In this document: piece by piece, positions 1-8,138 of the stretch
Layout: every line of letters begins with the position of its first letter
Position numbering within the stretch: the first letter of the stretch is position 1
Origin: an uncultured bacterium
GTDB taxonomy: Bacteria > Actinomycetota > UBA4738 > HRBIN12
Direction of reading: 5' to 3'
NCBI GenBank assembly: GCA_967797495.1
Contig: CBRGMI010000001.1
Coordinates: 1 to 35,830, forward strand
DNA length: 35,830 nucleotides
Position numbers and translations under genes: made by a program
Notes under the pieces: model-generated
The model's input: the letters and a program-made list of their open reading frames with translations, nothing else
The model's database searches: none
What the model was told of the DNA's origin: nothing

Positions 1-600
1 GTCGGGTGACCACGAGAAGCCGTCCACGGTCCCGAGATCAGAGGAGCATCGCGAGCCTCGCGATGACACGGCCACGACGCAGACCCGCTGAGCCGTAGGT
101 TCACCTGGGTGCTCAAGGGCGGGATCAACCGCCAAGGTGGAGACCCGGTAGGCGACTTCACCGCCGTCGGGCGACCACACCGCCGGGCCGAGGTCCTCGG
201 TCGAGCCCGCACGAACGAGCACGGTACGTTGACCCGAAAGTGTGTCGATGGCGAGGAGTTGATCTACCCGTGTGTAGTGCGTGGGCTCGGTGACGTAGGA
301 AGCGGCAACGATCCTGCTTCCGTCGGGCGACAACCCATAGGCGTAGATCGGCTCGCCCCCGAATGAGAGGCTCCGAGTGGTTCCCGGGCCGAGGATCTCG
401 ATCCCCGAGCTCAGTTGGATCACGAGCTGGCCCTCGGGGACCGTCACCTCCGGGGCCGGAGTGATCGCGGCTGAGGTCTCGGCGGTCTGCGGGTCGCTTG
501 TGATCGGGAGGCCCGCGGGGCTCGCAGACCCGGCTTGGCCCGGGGCTCCGCAGCCGCTAACGGTCGCGAGGATCGCAAGGCATAGCGGGGCGGCCCTCAT
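1..600 (-). CDS. secreted lipoprotein with PD40/TolB-like beta-propeller repeats (partial; 3' end lies beyond the left window edge)
   Basis: Absent from the supplied ORF track because its stop is outside the window. The reverse strand from ATG at 600 reads MRAAPLCLAILATVSGCGAPGQAGS..., a signal peptide with lipobox VSGC. Repeated SPDG blade motifs follow (LSPDGSRIV, VWSPDGGEVAY, FSWSPD). The frame stays open to position 1. Confidence 0.6.
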   Translation of the reverse strand, partial: MRAAPLCLAILATVSGCGAPGQAGSASPAGLPITSDPQTAETSAAITPAPEVTVPEGQLVIQLSSGIEILGPGTTRSLSFGGEPIYAYGLSPDGSRIVAASYVTEPTHYTRVDQLLAIDTLSGQRTVLVRAGSTEDLGPAVWSPDGGEVAYRVSTLAVDPALEHPGEPTAQRVCVVAVSSRGSRCSSDLGTVDGFSWSPD

Positions 601-679
601 CACCACACACGACTCGCTGCCAGACCACTCGGTTCCTGTGCTGCTGAGCAACGGGCGGACCCCCTGCTAGCGTCGGGCC

Positions 680-1957
680 ATGGCCGACGACGGGACCGAG
701 CGCTCTCGCCCGCGCTCGAGGATCCGGCGGATCGCGGTCGATGTCACGCCGTTGCGCGCGTCGCGCGACTTCCGTCGGCTGTGGCTGGGACTGCTCGCGT
801 CGACCCTCGGGTCGCAGTTCACGATCGTCGCGACCTACGTCCAGGTCTTCCGGCTGACCGAATCGACGGCCGCCGTCGGACTCCTCGGACTCGTCGGGTT
901 CGTCGGGCTCGTGGCGGGAACCCTCGGCGGGAGCACATTCCTGGACGCGTTCGATCGGCGGAAGATCCTGATCGCGTCCCAGCTCGGCTACCTGGCGTCC
1001 TCCGGACTGCTGTTTGCCGGCGCGCTGCACGGCGATCCGCCGCTCGCGCTGATCTACGTGGCCGTCGCCGGCGTCGCGGCCACGAGTGCGATCGACAGCC
1101 CGACCCGGAGCGCGATGACCCCCCGGCTGCTCGATCGAGGGCTACTTCCCGCGGCGGCCGCCCTCAACCAGATCGTCTGGAACGGGGCTGGTCTGATCGG
1201 TCCGGCGCTCGCGGGCGTGGTGGTGGGGACGCTCGGGTTCTCGTGGGCGTACGGGATCGATCTGATCTCGATCGGGCTGCTGCTCCTGGCTTCGATCTCG
1301 ATCCGGCCCATGCCCCCGGCCGACGGCGAGCGCACGGCGGTGGGATGGCGCGCGGTCCGCGAGGGGTTCGCGTTCCTGCGCGGACGGCAGGTCCTCCAAT
1401 CGACGTTCGTGATCGACATCATCGCGATGGTGTTCGGGATGCCACGGGCCCTGTTCCCGGTGTTGATCCTCACGCAGTTCGATCGGAGCGACACCGTCGT
1501 CGGCCTACTGTTTGCTGCGCCAGCGGTCGGCGCGTTCATCGGCGCCGCGACGACGGGGTGGGTCGGGCGCGTCCGGCACCAGGGACTCGCCGTCATCTGG
1601 GCCGTCGTGGTGTGGGGCGCGGGGATCGCCGCGTTCGGCCTGGTCGGCGCTCACCTGTGGCTCGGGGTGTTTTTCCTCGCGGTGGCGGGGGCGGCCGACG
1701 TGATCTCGGCGATCTTCCGAAACACGATCCTGCAGGTCACCGTCCCCGAGCACCTGCGCGGACGGCTGTTCGGCATCCACATCCTCGTGGTCACCGGCGG
1801 CCCTCGGCTGGGCGATCTTGAGGCGGGACTGGTCGCGGCCGCGTTCTCGCCCATGGCCTCGGTCGTCTCCGGAGGGCTGCTGTGCATCGCCGGCGCCGGC
1901 CTCGTCGCGTGGCGCGTGCCCGCGTTCCGCCGGTACCACGCCGGCGACCCAGGCTGA
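680..1957 (+). CDS. MFS transporter (EntS/MFS_3-like, about 12 TM segments)
   Basis: 425-aa ORF. After a charged N terminus it has RDFRRLWLGLLASTLGSQF and then repeated hydrophobic segments typical of the enterobactin-exporter-like MFS clade. Third-position GC is high. Confidence 0.85.
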   Translation: MADDGTERSRPRSRIRRIAVDVTPLRASRDFRRLWLGLLASTLGSQFTIVATYVQVFRLTESTAAVGLLGLVGFVGLVAGTLGGSTFLDAFDRRKILIASQLGYLASSGLLFAGALHGDPPLALIYVAVAGVAATSAIDSPTRSAMTPRLLDRGLLPAAAALNQIVWNGAGLIGPALAGVVVGTLGFSWAYGIDLISIGLLLLASISIRPMPPADGERTAVGWRAVREGFAFLRGRQVLQSTFVIDIIAMVFGMPRALFPVLILTQFDRSDTVVGLLFAAPAVGAFIGAATTGWVGRVRHQGLAVIWAVVVWGAGIAAFGLVGAHLWLGVFFLAVAGAADVISAIFRNTILQVTVPEHLRGRLFGIHILVVTGGPRLGDLEAGLVAAAFSPMASVVSGGLLCIAGAGLVAWRVPAFRRYHAGDPG

Positions 1958-1971
1958 CTAAGCTCGCGCCC

Positions 1972-3732
1972 GTGGCCCCACCGCGCGCCGACCTGGTCGA
2001 GCTCCGGGTGCTCGACGGTCCGAACCTGTACTTCCCCCGCCCCGCGGTCAAGCTCACGATCGCCGTCGGGGGCTGGCTCGAGGTCCCGGAGGAACGCCTG
2101 GCCGCGGCGCTCGAACGCGTGGGCGCGATCGGACACCCGGGCCGGGCGGGATCCGACCAGCGGCGACGGACGGTCGCCCGGCTGGCAGCTCGACTCACGT
2201 GGCGGCTCGCGACGGCCAGCGGCGTGCGGCTCGCGGTCCGCAGCCGCCCGGGTCCCGAACGCGACCAGGTCGTCGTGGCGTTCCCCTGGCGTCGGCGCGG
2301 GGCCGCCGAGGCGCTCGGTCGCGAGGTTGCGCCGCTGCTGCACGAGGTGGGCGGTCGCCGTTCGGCGGAGCGCCTCCTCGTCGAGGCCGCCGAACGGGTG
2401 GCGGCCGCCGAGCCTGGCACCGAGCCCGAGGTCCGCGACCCGGGCATCCCGGTGGTCTCGGTCACGGGGACGAACGGCAAGACCACCACGGTCCGGCTGC
2501 TCGCGCACATCGTGCGGTCGGCGCGCAGGACCGTCGCGTACTCGTCCACGGACGGGGTGTACCGCGGCGACGGAGAGCTGATCGAGGAGGGCGACTACTC
2601 GGGGTTCGGCGGCGCGGCGCGGGCGCTGGCCGAGGATCCGGACGTCGCGGTCCTCGAGACCGCGCGCGGCGGGATCCTGCTCCGCGGGATCGGCGTGATG
2701 CACAACGACGTCGCGGTCGTGACGAACGTATCCGAGGACCACCTGGGGCTGCACGGCATCCACACCCTGGACCAGCTGACCGAGGTCAAGGCGACGATCA
2801 CGCGCATCACGCGACCGGACGGTTGGGACGTGCTGAACGCGGACGACCCGCGTGTGCTCTCGATGCGTCGCGGCTCGACGGGACGGACGTGGCTGTGCTC
2901 GCACGACCCGTGGCACCCGGCGATCCGCGATGCGCTCGCCGGCGGCGGACGCGCGACGGTCCCGCTGGACGGTTGGATCACTGTGCTCGACGGTTCCGCG
3001 ACGCGACCGCTGGTCGAGCTCGTCGACGTGCCGGTCACGATCGCGGGCATCTCGGGCCACAACGTGATGAACGCGATGCAGGCGGCCTCCGCCGCGCTCG
3101 CGATCGGGCTGCCTGAACGCGCGGTCGTGAGGGGACTGAAGACCTTCGTCACCGATCCCGAACGCAACCCGGGCCGGGCGAACCTGTTCGAGCTCGACGG
3201 CCGCGTCGTCGTCGTCGATTACGCGCACAACGAGGCCGGGATGCGGGGGTTGACCGAGATGTGCGATGGCCTCCGGTGGGTCGTCGCGGAGATCTGGTTG
3301 GTGATCTGCGCGGCCGGCGATCGCACCGACCGGATCCTGCACGACTTCGCGTACCGAGCCGCACGCGGCTCCGACCACCTCGCGATCGCCGAACTGCTGC
3401 GCTACCTGCGGGGACGCGAGCGCGAGAGCATGATCGAGCGGCTGGTCGCCGGCGCGAAGGATGGCGGCGCCGTCGAGCTCGACGTCTACGCGGACGAGCT
3501 CGCCGGGCTGCGGGGGGTCCTCGCGCGTTCGGAACGCGGCGACGTGATCGGCGTGACCGCGCTCGGGATGCGGGCCGAGGTGTTCGCGTGGCTCGACGCG
3601 GCTGGCGCGAAACGCCTGACGCCCGCTCGCGTGAAGACGCTTGTCAGACGCGCAAGGACGCTCGCTTCAGGGGGCGCCGCGGCCCAAGGATCGAGGTCGC
3701 CCCGTCAGGCAGTTAGGGATCCGTCGAAATAG
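1972..3732 (+). CDS. cyanophycin-synthetase-like ligase with a CphA N-domain and a Mur-ligase-like M domain but no ATP-grasp domain
   Basis: In-frame GTG at 1972, 14 nt after the MFS stop. The N terminus LVELRVLDGPNLYFPRPAVKLTIAVG resembles VVETQVFRGPNYWSYDPAIRLLVDLG in the cphA of this window. M-domain motifs are present: VTGTNGKTTT P-loop, STDGVY, ETARGGIL, EDHLGLHGI, VLNADDP and VDYAHNEAG. The start codon is uncertain, and the track's ATG at 1882 lies inside the MFS gene. Confidence 0.8.
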   Translation: MAPPRADLVELRVLDGPNLYFPRPAVKLTIAVGGWLEVPEERLAAALERVGAIGHPGRAGSDQRRRTVARLAARLTWRLATASGVRLAVRSRPGPERDQVVVAFPWRRRGAAEALGREVAPLLHEVGGRRSAERLLVEAAERVAAAEPGTEPEVRDPGIPVVSVTGTNGKTTTVRLLAHIVRSARRTVAYSSTDGVYRGDGELIEEGDYSGFGGAARALAEDPDVAVLETARGGILLRGIGVMHNDVAVVTNVSEDHLGLHGIHTLDQLTEVKATITRITRPDGWDVLNADDPRVLSMRRGSTGRTWLCSHDPWHPAIRDALAGGGRATVPLDGWITVLDGSATRPLVELVDVPVTIAGISGHNVMNAMQAASAALAIGLPERAVVRGLKTFVTDPERNPGRANLFELDGRVVVVDYAHNEAGMRGLTEMCDGLRWVVAEIWLVICAAGDRTDRILHDFAYRAARGSDHLAIAELLRYLRGRERESMIERLVAGAKDGGAVELDVYADELAGLRGVLARSERGDVIGVTALGMRAEVFAWLDAAGAKRLTPARVKTLVRRARTLASGGAAAQGSRSPRQAVRDPSK

Positions 3733-5561
3733 CGCAGCGCGAGCGCCCACGCTTCCTTGCCGCACTGGGATCCGATCCGCCGGCCGCCGAAGTCGTCGGC
3801 CGGGATGTGGATGCCCCCGTACAGCCGGGAAACACCCGCTTGGTCGGCCGCGTCGTAGTACGTGGCCCACTCGAGGGTGACGTCCTCGCTGGGTCCGAGC
3901 TCCACCGCGAGCGAATCCGCGGGAACGGTCTGTTCGAACAGACCGCCGGGGAAGTACGGGTCCCCCGTGAAAGACGTCATGACCTCGGCGGCGGCCCGGC
4001 TGAACGTGCTGTGCCCGGACACGTAGCCGGCGAACGCCGGCGTGACGAACGTCGAGAGCTGGAACGGCACCCACTCGGTGGCGAGGATCCACCCGACCCC
4101 CGCCTTCTCGGTGGTGGGGTCCTCGGGATTCCCCCGCCACGCCCGGATCGCGATCTCCCTCACGTGGCCCGCAAGGTCCTCGTGGCGGGCGCCGGGAGCG
4201 CTCGACCGGCGGGTGATCACCTCGACCAGGCCGGGCACCAGCGGGAGACCTTCGGGGTCGTAGGAGGGCGCGTTCGGCTCGCTGGACTGGCCGTGCCCCG
4301 CGAGGTAACGGATCATCGAGATCGGCCGGACGGAGTCGTACGAACCCTTCAGACCCCAGGCGGCGATCGCCGCGTCGTGCACGGCGCCGTTGAGCGCGAA
4401 GTAGAGCTTCACGTCCCACTCGAGCCGGTCGACCTCGGGTCCGGTCCCGCCGATCCGGAACTCGAATCCGGGGGTGTCGGACACGGCGTTGGCGATCGTG
4501 TTCCAGTGACCGGGGGGCGTCTCCGAGGCCGGGCCGTCCGCCCAGAACTGGGCGAGGGCGCGCCCGAAGTCGCCCCGGAGAACCACATCGGGCGCGTACG
4601 GCTCACCCGTCGCGGGGTTCAGGTCGTGACCGTCGCCGTCGTTCGTGCCGAGCGTGTTGTCGCCGAGTTCGGACGGGCCGATGTCGATCCGGACGCCGTC
4701 GCTCGGATCGAGCTCGCTGCTGTAGCGGATCACGTCGACCGCGGCCCGCTCGTACGCCGCATCGGTCTCCCCGAGCCGAGGAGGCGGACCGGGATCGATC
4801 GGCGTCCCATCGGCCGCGGGGGGCAACGCGAACCCCTTCACGTGGCCCCACTGAGGCCCGACGAACCGCTGGACGCTGCCCGGGATCGGCAGACCGTTCT
4901 GGGCCACGATCTGCGCGAGCGCGAGCGGCTGCCAGCGGTTGGGATCCGCCATCTCCGTCCCGGGCTCGGCGACCACGAGCGGAGCGTTCACCGGGTGATA
5001 GTCGGTGTCGACGTACCGCTGCTGTTCGAGCGACCCGTCGCTCTCCCCGAACGCGATCGCCGCCGCCGCGATGCGGTTGCCGAGCGCCGCCGGCGAATCC
5101 CCCTCGGTGCTCACGAAATCGATCCGGTAGCACAGCGATCGCATCGTGGCGGCGAGCTCGTCGAACGTCTCCTGCAGGCCCGCCGCTCGCGAGTAGCGCC
5201 ACAGCAGGAGGCGATAGGCCGCGTAGCTGATCGATACCTCGCGCGCGGCTTGTACGTCGTCGGCCTGGAGCTTCTCTTGGACGAAGTACCCGTTCGCCCG
5301 AGAGTCGTAGGCGGCCCATGCGTCCCACATCGCCGCCGACGTGTGGAACAGGTTGCGAGCGTGCACGGTAGGCGCGGGAACGTCGCGTCGGATCGCATCG
5401 AGCAGCGCCTCATCCCAGACCCGAGCGACGGACCACCCTTGGAAGTCTCGGCGGTGGCAGTCGGCCATCAGGTAGTCGGCCGAGCTCGAGCCCGTGCAGC
5501 TCGGCAGGCCAACGGCTCCGGCCACCAGGACGCCGACGATCCAACGACGGGAACGCGTCAT
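3705..5561 (-). CDS. vanadium-dependent haloperoxidase / PAP2-superfamily protein, probable lipoprotein
   Basis: All three PAP2/V-HPO motifs are present: KGSYDSVRP (Kx6RP), YVSGHST (SGH) and SRLYGGIHIPADD (SRx5Hx3D). I chose the start MTRSRRWIVGVLVAGAVGLPSC (signal peptide plus Cys) at 5561, which forms an ATGA overlap with the upstream gene's stop. The 3' end overlaps the convergent ligase gene by 28 nt. Confidence 0.8.
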   Translation of the reverse strand: MTRSRRWIVGVLVAGAVGLPSCTGSSSADYLMADCHRRDFQGWSVARVWDEALLDAIRRDVPAPTVHARNLFHTSAAMWDAWAAYDSRANGYFVQEKLQADDVQAAREVSISYAAYRLLLWRYSRAAGLQETFDELAATMRSLCYRIDFVSTEGDSPAALGNRIAAAAIAFGESDGSLEQQRYVDTDYHPVNAPLVVAEPGTEMADPNRWQPLALAQIVAQNGLPIPGSVQRFVGPQWGHVKGFALPPAADGTPIDPGPPPRLGETDAAYERAAVDVIRYSSELDPSDGVRIDIGPSELGDNTLGTNDGDGHDLNPATGEPYAPDVVLRGDFGRALAQFWADGPASETPPGHWNTIANAVSDTPGFEFRIGGTGPEVDRLEWDVKLYFALNGAVHDAAIAAWGLKGSYDSVRPISMIRYLAGHGQSSEPNAPSYDPEGLPLVPGLVEVITRRSSAPGARHEDLAGHVREIAIRAWRGNPEDPTTEKAGVGWILATEWVPFQLSTFVTPAFAGYVSGHSTFSRAAAEVMTSFTGDPYFPGGLFEQTVPADSLAVELGPSEDVTLEWATYYDAADQAGVSRLYGGIHIPADDFGGRRIGSQCGKEAWALALRYFDGSLTA

Positions 5562-7138
5562 CCCGGCGGCTCCACCTGGACGATCCGATCGGCGGCGACG
5601 TCCTCGAGCACCGTCTCCTGTCCCCCCGGCCACCGGACGACCAGCTTGGTCACCCTCCGTGCATCGCCGAGGCCGAACTGGGAGCGAGGATCCTCGGACG
5701 ACAGGTAGCTCCCGCCGGCTCGGACCTCGCGGGTCAGCTCACGGCCGTCAGGCAAGGTGACGGTGACCACCGCGCCGGGGTGGAACCCCTCGAGCTGCAC
5801 CTCGAGCCAGTGCCCGGTCGCGCCCTCGTTGCGCAGGAGCGCGAGGGGACCGCCGATCGAGTTGATCGCGACGTCGAGATCGCCGTCGTTGTCGAAGTCC
5901 GCGACCGCGCTGCCTCGGGCGAGCATCGGTCCGATCGTCCCGAGGCCGACCGCCTCGCCGACGTCGTCGAAACGCCCAGGCTCGCCCTGCGCGGTGAGGT
6001 TGCCGAGCGCCTCCAACGGCTCGGCATCGGCAGCGAGGTCGGTGACCGGCACGTCCCCGTTGACCACGAACAGGTCGAGGTCGGTGTCCAGGTCCAGGTC
6101 CGCGAACGAGACGCCCCACCCGGTCGAGTCCCCCAGGTCGGCACCGAGATCGGCCCGCACGTCCGCGAACGAGGGGTTGACCAGATCCGAGAGCTGCCCG
6201 CGGTACACCGCGTGCATCTGGCCGCGAGCGTTGGTCACGAACAGATCCGGGAGGCCGTCGCCGTCGTAGTCGGCCTCGGCCACGCCCATCCCGGCGTTCG
6301 GATCGGCCACGCCGGCCCGGGCCGCGAGCTCCTCGAACCGGAACCCGAGCCCCGAGGGGTCGGCCCGGACACCCCCGGGCCACCCGACGTTCTCGTACAG
6401 GCGGTTCGGCTTCGTGTCATTGGCCACGTACAGGTCGAGATCGCCGTCGCGGTCGAGGTCCGAGAACGTCGCCCCGAGCCCGTACTCGAAGCCCACGACC
6501 TCGAGCCCCGCCTCCACGCCCACCTCCCGAAACGTCGTGCGACCGTCGCCCCCGGCGCCCTCGTTCAGGTAGAGCAGGTCGCGCACCCCGAGCTTGGTGT
6601 TCGGAAACCCCTGCGTCGCGCCCTCGATCGGCGCGTTGACGTTCGCGTATCCGGCCAGGAACAGGTCTGGCCATCCGTTCCCGTCGACGTCGCCGACGGC
6701 AGCACCCGCGTACCACCCAAAGGCCTGGACGCCAGCCGCCTCGGTCCCCTCCGTGAAGGTGCCGTCCCCCTTGTTCCACAGCAGCACTCCGACGGTCGCC
6801 GTCGTGACGTACAGGTCCGTGTTCCCGTCAAGGTCGAAGTCGGCCGCGACGCACCCGCTGCCCTGGACGGCGAGATCGGTTCCGGATCCCGAGCTGACGT
6901 CGACGAACTCGCCACCGACGTTGTGGAAGAGCGCGCTCCGCGGGAGGCCGCCCTCCTGTTGCCACCGATCGGCCTCGGACAGGGCGTACGAGTTCACCAC
7001 GAACAGGTCGAGCCAACCGTCCGCGTCATAGTCGAGCCAGCAGACCCCCCCTCCCATCATCGCCGCGGGATCGGGCGCGACGTCCCAGTGGAAGGCGCCC
7101 TGCCGGAAGTCGAGCCCGACCTCGGACGCGACGTCCAC
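5558..7138 (-). CDS. CRTAC1-family protein (FG-GAP/VCBS repeats with a C-terminal ASPIC/UnbV domain)
   Basis: Repeated DxDxDGxxD-type blades (DYDADGWLDLFV, DFDLDGNTDLYV, DVDGNGWPDLFL, DLDRDGDLDLYV, DYDGDGLPDLFV, DLDLDTDLDLFV, DFDNDGDLDV). The C-terminal part GHWLEVQLEG...GGSYLSSEDPRSQFGLG...VRWPGG is typical of ASPIC/UnbV. 7138 is the first canonical start (GTG). The true N terminus probably lies upstream (see finding at 7139-7345). Confidence 0.85.
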   Translation of the reverse strand: MDVASEVGLDFRQGAFHWDVAPDPAAMMGGGVCWLDYDADGWLDLFVVNSYALSEADRWQQEGGLPRSALFHNVGGEFVDVSSGSGTDLAVQGSGCVAADFDLDGNTDLYVTTATVGVLLWNKGDGTFTEGTEAAGVQAFGWYAGAAVGDVDGNGWPDLFLAGYANVNAPIEGATQGFPNTKLGVRDLLYLNEGAGGDGRTTFREVGVEAGLEVVGFEYGLGATFSDLDRDGDLDLYVANDTKPNRLYENVGWPGGVRADPSGLGFRFEELAARAGVADPNAGMGVAEADYDGDGLPDLFVTNARGQMHAVYRGQLSDLVNPSFADVRADLGADLGDSTGWGVSFADLDLDTDLDLFVVNGDVPVTDLAADAEPLEALGNLTAQGEPGRFDDVGEAVGLGTIGPMLARGSAVADFDNDGDLDVAINSIGGPLALLRNEGATGHWLEVQLEGFHPGAVVTVTLPDGRELTREVRAGGSYLSSEDPRSQFGLGDARRVTKLVVRWPGGQETVLEDVAADRIVQVEPPG

Positions 7139-7433
7139 GAACCGGAGTCCGGTCGCCTCCGAGGTGTCGGTCTTCGGCGTCGTCGGCTCGGCGGCGGGCT
7201 CCGAGGTGCAAGCGGCGAGGAGCAGGACGAAGACGCAGATCGCTATGGAGCGCGGCGTGGCCAGCGAGGTCGTTGGTGGACACCTCCCGAGCGTCGACGA
7301 GCGATGGGTGGCCGCAGGCAGGGGGACGCTATCGGCGTGCGCTCAGGCACGTCAAGGCAACACCTTTGACCCGTTTGGCGCTCTGACCCAGATGCGAGGG
7401 ATGCTTGCGGTTGGACGAGCGAAAGGGGAAGCG

Positions 7434-8138
7434 ATGCGACTGCAGGGCAAGGTGGCGCTCGTGACGGGAGCGAGCGGAGGGATCGGGGCCGCGGTGGCCC
7501 GGTCCCTCGCGGATGAGGGGGCTCGGCTGGGGCTGGCCTCCCGAAGCGGATCCGATCTCGGGCTCGAGAGCGCCGTCGCGCGCCCGTGCGACGTGCGCGA
7601 TCCGGCGGCGATCCGGGCGTTGGCCAACGAGGTCGTGGAGCGCTTCGGCACGCTCGACATCGTCGTGGTCAATGCGGGCGTCGGATCCTACGGACCGTTC
7701 CTGGATCTGCCGGACGACGAGCTCGACGAGATCGTCGACGTCAACGTGAAGGGCGCCCTGTACACGCTCCGAGCGACGCTCCCGCACCTCCTGCGCAGCG
7801 AGGCGGCCGACGTGATCACGATCGCGTCGGAGGCCGGCAGACGCGGCCTGCCGTTCGAGGCCGCCTACTGCGCGTCGAAGTTCGCGCAGGTGGGCCTCAC
7901 GAGAGCGCTCGACCACGAGCTCCGTCCCCGAGGCGTCCGATGCACGAACGTGTGCCCCGGCGGCGTCGCGACGGAGTTCGCGATGGGCCGGGGACGCACG
8001 CCCGACATGCCCGAGCTTGAGCACATGATGTCGGCGGACGACGTGGCGGAGGCCGTGCTCTTCGTGCTCACCCGGCCGAGGACCCATCGGATCCTCGAGG
8101 TCGCGTTCCGGCCGATGGCGGAGGCGTCGTGGGGATGA
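7434..8138 (+). CDS. short-chain dehydrogenase/reductase (SDR)
   Basis: ATG at 7434 is preceded by AAAGGGGAAG. Motifs: TGASGGIG cofactor motif, NAG, and YCASK (YxxxK) catalytic motif. Confidence 0.85.
   Translation: MRLQGKVALVTGASGGIGAAVARSLADEGARLGLASRSGSDLGLESAVARPCDVRDPAAIRALANEVVERFGTLDIVVVNAGVGSYGPFLDLPDDELDEIVDVNVKGALYTLRATLPHLLRSEAADVITIASEAGRRGLPFEAAYCASKFAQVGLTRALDHELRPRGVRCTNVCPGGVATEFAMGRGRTPDMPELEHMMSADDVAEAVLFVLTRPRTHRILEVAFRPMAEASWG

Noticed and set aside
1882-1971. ATG at 1882 as the start of the CphA-like ligase
   Set aside because: It would overlap the MFS gene by 76 nt and add an Arg-rich peptide (MHRRRRPRRVARARVPP...) that is simply the MFS C terminus read out of frame. 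The GTG at 1972 precedes the conserved N-domain strand.
1651-3378. 575-aa minus-strand ORF, plus several 60-300-aa ORFs in other frames, overlapping the MFS and ligase genes
   Set aside because: The translation is Arg/Pro/Gly/Asp-rich low complexity with no recognisable motifs. It lies antisense to genes with clear family signatures. This is the typical stop-codon-poor shadow ORF of very GC-rich DNA.
3807-7369. 633-aa and 529-aa plus-strand ORFs opposite the V-HPO-like and CRTAC1-like genes
   Set aside because: Same reason. The sequences are repetitive and Arg/Gly/Pro/Val-rich, and the opposite strand encodes proteins with complete catalytic or repeat motifs.
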